A program made the translations under genes and the position numbers. Below the pieces are notes generated by a model. The model searched no databases, had not been told where the DNA came from, and saw only the letters and a list, made by a program, of their open reading frames with translations. Shown here one piece after another: positions 1 to 8,520 of a stretch of 64,000 nt of DNA. The DNA comes from Myxococcota bacterium (GTDB taxonomy: Bacteria; Myxococcota_A; Polyangia; Nannocystales; Nannocystaceae): the NCBI GenBank assembly GCA_039028615.1, contig JBCCHT010000056.1:1-64000 (forward strand). The letters run 5' to 3'. The first letter of the stretch is position 1, and each line of letters starts with the position of its first letter.

Positions 1-1
1 C

Positions 2-127
2 AAGAAGAAGACGTCCGCCAAGAAGAAGACGTCCGCCAAGAAGAAGACGTCCGCCAAGAAGAAGACGTCCGCCAAGAAGAAGACGGCTGCCAAGAAGAAG
101 ACGTCCGCCAAGAAGAAGACGGCGGCC
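2..127 (+). repeat. 18-bp coding tandem repeat AAGAAGAAGACGTCCGCC, 7 units
   Basis: Directly visible; units 5 and 7 vary (GCTGCC, GCGGCC); no spacers between units. Confidence 0.95.
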
Positions 128-139
128 AAGAAAAAGTAG
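2..139 (+). CDS. 3' end of an upstream gene with a Lys-rich histone H1-like C-terminal tail (partial)
   Basis: Frame from base 2 reads (KKKTSA/KKKTAA)x7-KKK-TAG (137-139); the rest of the gene is outside the window. Confidence 0.75.
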   Translation, partial: KKKTSAKKKTSAKKKTSAKKKTSAKKKTAAKKKTSAKKKTAAKKK

Positions 140-260
140 GCCCGCGGCTCGGGGTTCTGGCCGAGAGAGCCAAAGAACGCCGTTCTGAGATTCGTTGTTC
201 CTTTTCTGCGGGGCGAGTGAACGATCCGCCGGCCTCGCGCATACCTGTGCGTGTGACCCG

Positions 261-800
261 ATGAGCGAGCCAACGCGCGCGGACGAGGAGCTGCTCGAGC
301 AGCTACGCCAGGGTGATCTGGGGGCCTTCGATCGGCTGTACCTCCGCTACGAGCGCAGGCTCTTCGGCTACATCCGGCGGATGGTCGAAGACCGCGATCT
401 CGCGGAGGACCTCATGCAAGACGTGATGCTCACCGTGATTCGCGATCGCAGCTACGATCCGAACAAGGGTCGGTTCTCGGCCTGGCTGTTCACGGTCGCT
501 CGCAACCGCTGCCTGCAGCAACACCGCCACGCCAAGGTCCGCGACGAGTCGACGCCGCCCGCCCCCGCGACGCCCACCGTCGACCCCGAGGAGGCCCTCG
601 GTCGCCACGCCCAGGTCCGCACGGCGATGGCCGGCCTGACCCAGGCACAACAACAGCTGCTGCTGCTCAAGCAGGTGGGCGAGCTGACCTACCGCGAGAT
701 CGCCCAGATGTACGGCGTCGCCGAAGGCACGATCAAGTCGCGGCTGCACGCGGCCACCAACGCGTTTCGGCAGCGCTTGGCCGAGATTGGAGAGGGATGA
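261..800 (+). CDS. ECF RNA polymerase sigma-70 factor
   Basis: Region 2 (AEDLMQDVML, FSAWLFTVARN) and region 4 HTH (LTYREIAQMYGVAEGTIKSRL); ATG at 261 chosen. Confidence 0.92.
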   Translation: MSEPTRADEELLEQLRQGDLGAFDRLYLRYERRLFGYIRRMVEDRDLAEDLMQDVMLTVIRDRSYDPNKGRFSAWLFTVARNRCLQQHRHAKVRDESTPPAPATPTVDPEEALGRHAQVRTAMAGLTQAQQQLLLLKQVGELTYREIAQMYGVAEGTIKSRLHAATNAFRQRLAEIGEG

Positions 801-1249
801 TGAAGTGCTCCGAATGTGAGGCTCTACTCATCGACCATGCGTCGCGCGAGCTCGAGGAGCCCGCCCGCACCGAGGTCGCCCGGCACCTGTCGGAGTGTTC
901 TTCGTGTGCGCTGTCCTATTGCCGCCTGCAGGCCGATCTCGAGGGCCTGATCGAAGCGCACGTGGAGGCTCCGCGGCAGCGGGTATTCCACGAGCTTCGG
1001 CGCCAGGTCGCGGCCGAGTACGCCCCCTCGTGGCGCACCCGAACCTGGCTCGCCCTACGCCGCCCCGTGCCCATGTACGGCGCGGTGTTGGCCAGCTTGA
1101 TCCCGGCCGTGCTGTGGCTGGTGAGCGCGAGCCGCCCGACCCCGGAGTCCACCTCACCTCCCCCGACGTCTTCGCTGCCGTCGCCCTCCCCCACCCTGAC
1201 CGACTACGGCGCCACCGAGCCCCCGCCCGGACACCGCGACGTGCTCTGA
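797..1249 (+). CDS. Zinc-binding anti-sigma factor (zf-HC2/ZAS) with one TM helix
   Basis: HLSECSSC = HxxxCxxC; TM segment MYGAVLASLIPAVLWLV; ATGA overlap with the sigma gene. Confidence 0.88.
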   Translation: MMKCSECEALLIDHASRELEEPARTEVARHLSECSSCALSYCRLQADLEGLIEAHVEAPRQRVFHELRRQVAAEYAPSWRTRTWLALRRPVPMYGAVLASLIPAVLWLVSASRPTPESTSPPPTSSLPSPSPTLTDYGATEPPPGHRDVL

Positions 1250-1278
1250 AGACCCTGCCCAGGAAACGGACCAAGACC

Positions 1279-2559
1279 ATGAAGCTCTCCCACACTCTTT
1301 TGAGCCTCGCGATCCTCACCACCGCCTGCGACCAAGACTCGTCGGCCCCCGCCCCCGAGGAGGAGGTCGCGGCGCTCGAGATCGCCGCCGAGCCCCCCGC
1401 CGACGGCCCGCTACGCACCGCCCAAGCCAGGGCGAAACACCACGCGGACGCGATGAAGCCCCACGCGACCATGCCCGGCGCCAAGGTGGCCTTCGACGAG
1501 CTGTCTTCACTCATCGAGGCGAAGTACGTCGGAGGGCCGCTGACCGAGGACGAGCTGTGGACCGGCGCCATGGAAGGCGTACTCGCCCGCCTCGTGCAGC
1601 TGCCCGGTCACGAGATCAACACCCTGCTGTCTCCCCGCGATCACAAAGAGCTGCTGATCGGCACCAAGGGTCGCCTGGTCGGCGTGGGGGTGATGATCGA
1701 GCGCGTGGCCAACGTGGTGGTGATCCGTGACGTCATCGACGGAGGCCCGGCCGCCAACGCCGGACTGCGCGCGGGCGACCGGATCCTGGGCGTCGACGAC
1801 GAGCGGCTCGAGCCCCTCGACCTGGCCGCGGTGGTCGATCGCATTCGCGGCGAGGACGGCTCGGAGGTCCGCCTGTTCGTGCAGCGAGACACCGAGGAGT
1901 GGACGGAGACCATCACCCGCGGCCTGGTCGAGGTGAAGAGCGTCGAGTCGAAGATGGTCGGCGAAGGCACGGGCCTGGTGCGCATCACTTCGTTCTCCGA
2001 GAAGACGGCGGCCGAGCTCGACGCGGGACTCGCCGCGCTGGAGGCCGCGGGCGCAACCTCGGTGGTGCTCGACCTGCGACACTGCCCCGGCGGCCTGCTC
2101 GACGCCGCGCTCGAGGTCGGCTCGCGCTTCGTCCCCGAGGGCAAGCCGCTGCTCACCGTCAATCACCGCGCAGGCGATCCCGACGTGCACCTGAGCAAGG
2201 GCTCGCACCCTTGGCAGGATCGGCCGCTGGCCGTGCTCATCGGACCCAAGACGGCCTCGGGCGCCGAGATCCTGGCGGACGCGCTGCGCGAGCACGATCG
2301 CGGGCCCCTGGTGGGCGAGCCGACGCTGGGCAAGCACACCGTGGAGTCGATCCACGAGCTGTCCTCGGGCTGGGCGGTCAAGCTCTCCGTGAGCCGCTTC
2401 GCCACGGCGTCGGGCGAGCAGCGCCAAGGCATCGGCGTGCGGCCGGACATCCCCATCCCGATGGGCGACGCCAAGGAGAAGATCCGCTCCGTCGACGACA
2501 TCGACCCCTCGGCCGACCCCGTGGTGGCTACGGCTTTGGGGCTGCTGGGCGTCGACTGA
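1279..2559 (+). CDS. S41 C-terminal processing protease (CtpA/Prc-like) lipoprotein with PDZ domain
   Basis: Lipobox LTTAC; PDZ (GVGVMI, GLRAGDRILGVD); DLRHCPGG, TASGAE (catalytic Ser), TLGK (catalytic Lys), GVRPDI. Confidence 0.9.
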   Translation: MKLSHTLLSLAILTTACDQDSSAPAPEEEVAALEIAAEPPADGPLRTAQARAKHHADAMKPHATMPGAKVAFDELSSLIEAKYVGGPLTEDELWTGAMEGVLARLVQLPGHEINTLLSPRDHKELLIGTKGRLVGVGVMIERVANVVVIRDVIDGGPAANAGLRAGDRILGVDDERLEPLDLAAVVDRIRGEDGSEVRLFVQRDTEEWTETITRGLVEVKSVESKMVGEGTGLVRITSFSEKTAAELDAGLAALEAAGATSVVLDLRHCPGGLLDAALEVGSRFVPEGKPLLTVNHRAGDPDVHLSKGSHPWQDRPLAVLIGPKTASGAEILADALREHDRGPLVGEPTLGKHTVESIHELSSGWAVKLSVSRFATASGEQRQGIGVRPDIPIPMGDAKEKIRSVDDIDPSADPVVATALGLLGVD

Positions 2560-3772
2560 ACCGAACTCCCGAGACATCCCCCGCGGATGCTCTCCCGTCC
2601 GCGCGGAGCGACCGTGCCCTTACGCTCCGCGTGGACGGCATCCCTTGTCCCGGCACCGCCGAACGCACGGGCATGGGGACGAGGCTGCGATAGACGTCGA
2701 GGGTACCTTCGAGCTGACGCGCGAAGGTGAAGCTCTCTTCGTAGCGTCGTCGCCCCGCCGCGCCGAGTCGGCCACGCAGCGTGGGGTCGTCGATCAGCTC
2801 GGCGAGCGCCTGCGACAGCGCCATGGGATCGGCCGCGGACACGACCCGCCCCGTGTGGGCGTCGACCGCTTCACCGATCCCTCCGACCGCGCTGGCCACC
2901 ACGGGAAGTCCCGCTCGCATGCCCTCGAGCACGCTCAGCGGCAGGGCAGCACCAGTCGTGGGCATCACCAGGACGGAGGCCTTCGCGAGCCGGGATGCCA
3001 CGTCGTCGCTCGAGCCCACGAACTCGCAGCGATCGTCCAGTCGTAGCGACGCGGCGAGCCGCCGGGCGGGGGCGAGCAATGAGCCGGCTCCGAGCCACTC
3101 CAGCGTCCACTTCCGGTCGCGCAAGACATCGAGGGCACGCAGCAGCGTGAACGGATCCTTGGGCTCCTCGAGACTGGAGGCGACGACCAGGCGAGCGGGA
3201 GCCTCGGCCGGCGTCGCCCGGAGCTCCGGCGGCAGGTCGGGCACGCCCGCGTGCACCCGGCTGAGCTGCGCGATCGTCCCGACCCCTGCCGTGCGCGCGA
3301 GCTGGTGCTCCGCGTCGCAGGTCGAGATGATGCGATCGGCCAGCGGAGCGAGCTTACGCTCGGCCGCCCGCATCATCGTCCCCCGTCGCCCCGTACCGTC
3401 GCCGAACGACCAGCGATGAGGCGTGTAGACCACCGCCGCACCGAGCCCTCGCGCGGCGAGCCGGCCCACCGCGCCCGCCTTGGGCCCGTGCACGTCGACG
3501 AGATGAGGCCCGAATGCCCTCAGGCCTCGCCGCAGCTCACGAACACAGCGCGCATCGGCGATCGGATCGACCGACGCCACCAAGTGCTTCGTCGAGTGCA
3601 CGACCACGCCGCGACGTCGTAGCGCATCGAGCCACGCACCGGGCCCTGTGCCCCACACGGCCACGCGATGGCCCTGCTCCACCAGCGCGCCCGCCAGATC
3701 TCGCACGTGAGTCCACAACCCGCCGCGGACCACCACGGGGCTGATGATGAAGGCGATACGACGAGCATCCAT
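2528..3772 (-). CDS. Glycosyltransferase family 4 (GT-B), possibly degenerate
   Basis: GGLWTHV, HGPKAG, YTPH, LPLSVLEGMRAGLPVVASAVGG motifs; ATG at 3772. Confidence 0.85.
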   Translation of the reverse strand: MDARRIAFIISPVVVRGGLWTHVRDLAGALVEQGHRVAVWGTGPGAWLDALRRRGVVVHSTKHLVASVDPIADARCVRELRRGLRAFGPHLVDVHGPKAGAVGRLAARGLGAAVVYTPHRWSFGDGTGRRGTMMRAAERKLAPLADRIISTCDAEHQLARTAGVGTIAQLSRVHAGVPDLPPELRATPAEAPARLVVASSLEEPKDPFTLLRALDVLRDRKWTLEWLGAGSLLAPARRLAASLRLDDRCEFVGSSDDVASRLAKASVLVMPTTGAALPLSVLEGMRAGLPVVASAVGGIGEAVDAHTGRVVSAADPMALSQALAELIDDPTLRGRLGAAGRRRYEESFTFARQLEGTLDVYRSLVPMPVRSAVPGQGMPSTRSVRARSLRADGRASAGDVSGVRFSRRPAAPKP

Positions 3773-4084
3773 GGCAGTTCCTACGGGGCGAAAGGGAGCC
3801 CGGCTCGACGTGGGGGATGTCGAGCACACCGCGCAGCAGTGGCGCGAAAAAGGCATCGGCGAGCCACCACGGCGTCGCCTGTCCGCTCGGGCGGAGGGAC
3901 GGCCTCCCGAGCGTTTCACTGTCACAACACGTCGAAGCCCGGCGCCGGTTTCCCCATTCGAACGAGTCAACTCGTCGGCCATTGCGACGTGAATGCCATG
4001 CGTCGCCGGCCTGCGCCGTCGCCGAGGCACGATCCGTGTCCCCCCTCGTCAGCCCCCGACCGGCTGAAGTAGCGTCGGAGGGCC

Positions 4085-5863
4085 ATGGCCAAGCACGCGC
4101 AGCTCCTGGAGGGCCCCATCGGCCCCATCCTCGCCCGACTCGCGGTGCCGATGGGCCTGGGCATCGTCTTCATCATCGCGCTCAACCTCGCCGATACCTA
4201 CTTCGTCGGCATGCTGGGCACCGACGAGCTCGCGGCCATGAGCTTCACCTTCCCCGTGGTCAGCCTGGTGATGAGCGTGGTCATGGGCGTGGGGGTGGGC
4301 GCGACTTCGGCCCTGGCCCGGGAGATCGGGGCCGGCGACGAGCAGGCCATCCGCCGCCTCGCGACCCACGCGATCATGCTCGCCGTGTTGATCGTGCTGG
4401 TCGTCTCGGGGGTCGGCCTCGCCACGCAGGAGCCCGTGTTCCGCATGCTCGGGGCCGAGCCCGAGGTCATGCCGCTGCTCACCGAGTACATGACGATCTG
4501 GTACATGGGCGCCGCCTTCCTGGTCGTGCCGATGGTGGGCATGGGCGCGCTGCGAGCCACGGGCGACACCCGCACGCCGATGTTCATCATGATGGCGGCC
4601 GCGATCGTCAACATCGTGCTCGACCCGATCTTCATCTTCGGCTGGGGGCCCATCGAAGGCATGGGGCTGCGCGGGGCGGCCATCGCCAACATCGTCGCGC
4701 GCTCGACCACGCTGGTGCTCGCCATCGCGGTGCTGCGCCGCGAGGACCTGCTCGACTTGCATCGGCCCAGCTGGCCCGAGCTGCGCGGCTCGTGGTGGTC
4801 GATTCTCTCGGTGGGCCTGCCCGCCGCGGTCACCAATGCGCTCGCCCCCGTCGCCACCGCGGTGCTCACCTTCCTCATCGCTCGACACGGCACCGAGGCC
4901 GTCGCCGCCTACGGGGTGGGCAGCCGCGTGGAGGGCCTGCTGCTCATCGCGCCCATGGCCCTGGGCGCCGCCCTCACCCCGTTCATCGGGCAGAACTGGG
5001 GCGCCCACCACCCCGAGCGGGTGGGTCGAGGCATCGTCATGGCCCGCAACTTCGTCATCGCCTGGGGCGGCGGCGCGTGGCTGCTGCTGGCGCTGGGCGG
5101 CAGCCGCCTCGCCTCGCTGTTCACCGACGACCCTCACGTGGCCGAGATGGTCGACACCTACCTGTGGATCGTCCCGCTGTCCTACGGGGCGCACGGGCTG
5201 GTCAGCGTGGCCTCGGCCTCCTTCAACGCCGTCGACAAGGCGATTCGCTCCACCATTCTGTCCGCCCTACGCAGCCTGGTGCTCGCGATCCCCTTGGCCA
5301 TGCTGGGCAGCTCGATCCTCGGGCTCCCGGGCGTGTTCATCGGCATCGCCTCGGCCACCGTGATCTCGTCGGTACTGGCCTACTTCTGGATGCGAGACCT
5401 GACTCGACCCCCGCGAGCCGAGGGCATCACCCACATCGACGGGGCCAGCCCGCAGGTGGACGCCGCGCTCCGAGACCTGGCGGCGGGCGTGCGCGACCTG
5501 GCCGATATCGACATGCACGCCACCCGTCGCCGCGCCATGGGCTTCTTCGTCGGCGAGCGCGAGCTCGGCCACGTGCACCACAAGGGACAGTTGGACCTGG
5601 CCTTCCCACCCGAGGTTCGCGAGCGGCTCGTGCGAGAGGACCGGGTCGAGCACCACCGTCTCCACCACGACTCGTGCTGGGTCACCCATCGCCTGCAGGA
5701 CTCCGAGGACGTGCCCGAAGCGATCTTCTTGCTGCGCCTGGCCCACGCCCTGATGCGGCTGGCCCGAGAACCCGGCGAAGCAGAGAAAGAGCTCGAGGGC
5801 CTGCACCTGTCCGACGAGATGCGCCAGAGCATCGACCACGCGCACGCGCGCTGGGCCGCCTGA
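4085..5863 (+). CDS. MATE efflux transporter fused to a C-terminal DUF5519/luciferase-like domain
   Basis: ~12 TM MATE (DTYFVGMLG, RATGDTRTPM, NIVLDPIFIFG) followed by RELGHVH...LDLAFP...HH...SCWV. Confidence 0.88.
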   Translation: MAKHAQLLEGPIGPILARLAVPMGLGIVFIIALNLADTYFVGMLGTDELAAMSFTFPVVSLVMSVVMGVGVGATSALAREIGAGDEQAIRRLATHAIMLAVLIVLVVSGVGLATQEPVFRMLGAEPEVMPLLTEYMTIWYMGAAFLVVPMVGMGALRATGDTRTPMFIMMAAAIVNIVLDPIFIFGWGPIEGMGLRGAAIANIVARSTTLVLAIAVLRREDLLDLHRPSWPELRGSWWSILSVGLPAAVTNALAPVATAVLTFLIARHGTEAVAAYGVGSRVEGLLLIAPMALGAALTPFIGQNWGAHHPERVGRGIVMARNFVIAWGGGAWLLLALGGSRLASLFTDDPHVAEMVDTYLWIVPLSYGAHGLVSVASASFNAVDKAIRSTILSALRSLVLAIPLAMLGSSILGLPGVFIGIASATVISSVLAYFWMRDLTRPPRAEGITHIDGASPQVDAALRDLAAGVRDLADIDMHATRRRAMGFFVGERELGHVHHKGQLDLAFPPEVRERLVREDRVEHHRLHHDSCWVTHRLQDSEDVPEAIFLLRLAHALMRLAREPGEAEKELEGLHLSDEMRQSIDHAHARWAA

Positions 5864-5915
5864 GCCGGGCCCAACGCACGCTCGGCGACCCGCACCGAGC
5901 GACTAGGGGCTGTCC

Positions 5916-7487
5916 CTAGAAAACGCCGCTGCCGACCCCGAAGGGCGGCCGACTCAAGCCTTCTTGGATGAAGTGGTGCACGCGGCTGAGCGGCTGCTGC
6001 GACTGCTCGAAGCGCTTGGGGTTCTCGTCGCCGTGCTTTTCCCACAGGTCGAAGGCGGTATCGATGTCGTCGAGCCGCTCGTCGTCGACCTCGACCTCGA
6101 GGTGCTCGGCCATCAGGCGCTTCCGCAGGTCGCGGCCGAGCCCCTTGTCGAGTACCACCGCGTTGATCTCGCCCTCGGTCTTGAAGCCGCGGTCGTTGAT
6201 GTTCGCGCTGCCCACCGTCAGCCAGATGTCGTCGACCACCATGACCTTCGCGTGCACGTCGATCTGCTGGTAGACGACCTGGTCCTGGGCGTTGCGCCCC
6301 CAGGCGAGCACCTTGGTGAGGCGGAACTCGGGCCGGCCCTCGCGGATCAACCGGAGGGTCTCCGCCGTCCAGTAGCCGCTGGGATCGAGGAAGCTCTCCT
6401 TGCCGTCGTTGACCGGCCACACCACCGCGGCCAGGCGTAGCCGAGGATTCCGCTTCAGAGCGTCGCGCAGCTCCTGGCCGATGATCGGACTGCGGAAGTA
6501 CTGGTTTTCGATGTAGATGTAGCGACGCGCGTTGCGGATGGCCCGGATATAGGCCCACAGGATGCCGTCCTCGCCGCCCGGCATCGTGCGGACGATCTGG
6601 CACATGTGCCCGCCCCTGGCCGGCGGCAAGGCCTTGGGCGAGTACAGCTCCGGGTAGTCGCTGTTGCCCAGCTTGCGGCGCACCCAGTCCCAAAAACGCC
6701 CGAGCAACGCTCGCCGACGGGCCCGCACCGACTGCGTCCAGCGGTTGGCGAAGTTGCACTGAAGGTCGGCCACCGCGGGCCCCTCGATGCGCATGATCAG
6801 GTCGTGGCGCGGCTTGAAGGGCGGCTTCTCGACGCGGTCCTCGGAAATCTTGCGTTTGTCCGGGCCCGCGCTGTGCGGGTACCGACGCGGATCGTAGAAC
6901 TCGTGGGCGATGGTGCACCAGTCGTTCTGCTTGAGGTTCATGCCCCCGCAATAGCCGATGTGCCCGTCGATGGTGATCGTCTTTTGGTGATGCGACCCGA
7001 TCCAACTGGGGTGGTCCTGCTCGAGCACGTCGATGTTGTCGCGCCCTCGCCAGTACCAGCGCCGCATCCAGTGGTCGAAGATCGGCGTGGAGACCATGCC
7101 CCAGATGAGCAGGCGAACCTTGGCGCCGACCTTGGCTCGCGCCTCGAGGATCTCGCCGAGCCGATGGTGGCTGCGCTCGGAAGGCTTGGACAACGCCAGG
7201 GCCTTTGGCCGCCGCATCTCGATGTCGGGCCGGCACATCCACGTCGCGATGTGGATGGACTTGGTGGCCGCCTCGAGGTCTTCGGCGACGCGGCCCCAGC
7301 CCTGCTCACCGTCGACGAGCACCTCGACCTTGTTGCCCATGCGGGGCGGCGCGCGATCGATGCCCCGCGTGAACCAGTCGTAGACGACGATGCGATTGAC
7401 GGGCCCCTCGCGGGAGTCGGCCAGCGCGACGCGCAGGCGGGTGCCCTGGGGCTTGGTCTCCGTGACGGTCTCGGTCTCGGCGCTCAT
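5916..7487 (-). CDS. Phospholipase D with two HKD motifs (eukaryote-like/Tle5-type)
   Basis: SHHQKTITID and VHAKVMVVDD...GSANINDR; IYIENQYF; RHDLIMRIEGPAV. Confidence 0.9.
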   Translation of the reverse strand: MSAETETVTETKPQGTRLRVALADSREGPVNRIVVYDWFTRGIDRAPPRMGNKVEVLVDGEQGWGRVAEDLEAATKSIHIATWMCRPDIEMRRPKALALSKPSERSHHRLGEILEARAKVGAKVRLLIWGMVSTPIFDHWMRRWYWRGRDNIDVLEQDHPSWIGSHHQKTITIDGHIGYCGGMNLKQNDWCTIAHEFYDPRRYPHSAGPDKRKISEDRVEKPPFKPRHDLIMRIEGPAVADLQCNFANRWTQSVRARRRALLGRFWDWVRRKLGNSDYPELYSPKALPPARGGHMCQIVRTMPGGEDGILWAYIRAIRNARRYIYIENQYFRSPIIGQELRDALKRNPRLRLAAVVWPVNDGKESFLDPSGYWTAETLRLIREGRPEFRLTKVLAWGRNAQDQVVYQQIDVHAKVMVVDDIWLTVGSANINDRGFKTEGEINAVVLDKGLGRDLRKRLMAEHLEVEVDDERLDDIDTAFDLWEKHGDENPKRFEQSQQPLSRVHHFIQEGLSRPPFGVGSGVF

Positions 7488-7891
7488 GCCCCGTGCTCCT
7501 GGACGATGGCGTCGACCGTGTCGGCATCGACGTCTCCGGTGACTTCGAGGCCATGATCCCGCTGAAAGCGTTCGATGGCCATGCGAGTGAAGCGGCCCTT
7601 TTCGCCGTCGGCTCGCCCCACGAAGTAGTTGAGGTGGTTGAGTCGCTCCTGCACCCCCTCGACGCTGCTCGCCTCGGGCATGGCGTCGACCTCGAGCTCG
7701 AGCACCCGCTCGGCGACCTCCAGGCTCAGCGTCTGGGCGCCCTGCGGCACCTGTTCGTGCAAGCGCCCCTCGTGGTCGAGCATCCCTCGTCGGACGGTGC
7801 CATCGGGGAGGGTCAGGGCATAGGAACGATCGCTCAGAGGCGTTCCCGTGCTGTCGCGCAGCTCCAGGTTGATCCAACGGGCGGGGGCCAT
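7484..7891 (-). CDS. Small protein: transthyretin/carboxypeptidase-regulatory-like beta domain + peptidoglycan-binding domain (PG_binding_1)
   Basis: N-half LRDSTGTPLSDRSYALTLPDG..RGMLDHEG; C-half VQERLNHLNY..DG..G..TRMAIERFQRDHGLEVTG. Confidence 0.8.
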   Translation of the reverse strand: MAPARWINLELRDSTGTPLSDRSYALTLPDGTVRRGMLDHEGRLHEQVPQGAQTLSLEVAERVLELEVDAMPEASSVEGVQERLNHLNYFVGRADGEKGRFTRMAIERFQRDHGLEVTGDVDADTVDAIVQEHGA

Positions 7892-7925
7892 GTTGTCACA
7901 GTCTTGCCGAGCCCCGCTTCGCGCG

Positions 7926-8399
7926 TCAACCAGGGGCGGGTGAACAACGCAGGAATTCGACGTGAAAACGAACTCGGCCAGTGAGCCGCACGTAGTGAAC
8001 GACGGCGGGCGGAATGACGATCGGAGCCCCCGGACGGCCGTCCACCGTCGCCGAGACGGGTGGCCCGAATTCGAGTCGAAGCTCTCCCTCCTCCACGATC
8101 ACGCGTCCCCACACTCCTTGCTTGGTCGAGTGATCGCGACGCAACCCGGCGGGGGTGCTGTGCTCGTCGAAGCTCGGCGTCCGTCGGTAGGCCTCCGCCC
8201 CTTCGGGCAACAGACGCTGCGTGCAACGCAGACACTCGATCGACTGCCCCACTCGCTCGCGACATCGATCGTCGTCCGTCGCCCACTCGTGCACCTCCAT
8301 CGGAGGGCGATGCCGAACATGGCGATCGTGCCCGCAGTGCAGATGCAGCACCACCGCGTCCTCCGACTCCCGCGTAAATCCCTCGATCACTCGCGGCAC
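7926..8399 (-). CDS. DUF3565 + DUF1971 (TehB/YeaR-like cupin) fusion
   Basis: CGHDRHVRHRPP...CLRC, then YRRTPSFDEHSTPAGLRRDHSTKQGVWG; start uncertain (GTG 8399 or ATG 8420). Confidence 0.75.
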   Translation of the reverse strand: MPRVIEGFTRESEDAVVLHLHCGHDRHVRHRPPMEVHEWATDDDRCRERVGQSIECLRCTQRLLPEGAEAYRRTPSFDEHSTPAGLRRDHSTKQGVWGRVIVEEGELRLEFGPPVSATVDGRPGAPIVIPPAVVHYVRLTGRVRFHVEFLRCSPAPG

Positions 8400-8520
8400 G
8401 CCGCTTCCGTCGCCGACCATGAACCCAGCCTGCCGCAGCCCACGAAGCCGTTCAATGCGGCCCCCGGCCGAGCGCTCGACGACCCCGAGCGCGCCCGTGT
8501 AGGGTGATCTCGCTCCTCCC

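Noticed and set aside
1..139. Tandem repeat as a possible CRISPR array
   Set aside because: The 18-bp units are contiguous with no spacers and read as an in-frame Lys-rich peptide; no cas genes are present.
7488..7877. N-terminal extension of the phospholipase D ORF
   Set aside because: This interval is occupied by the PG-binding gene in another frame; the PLD ATG at 7487 overlaps its stop codon.
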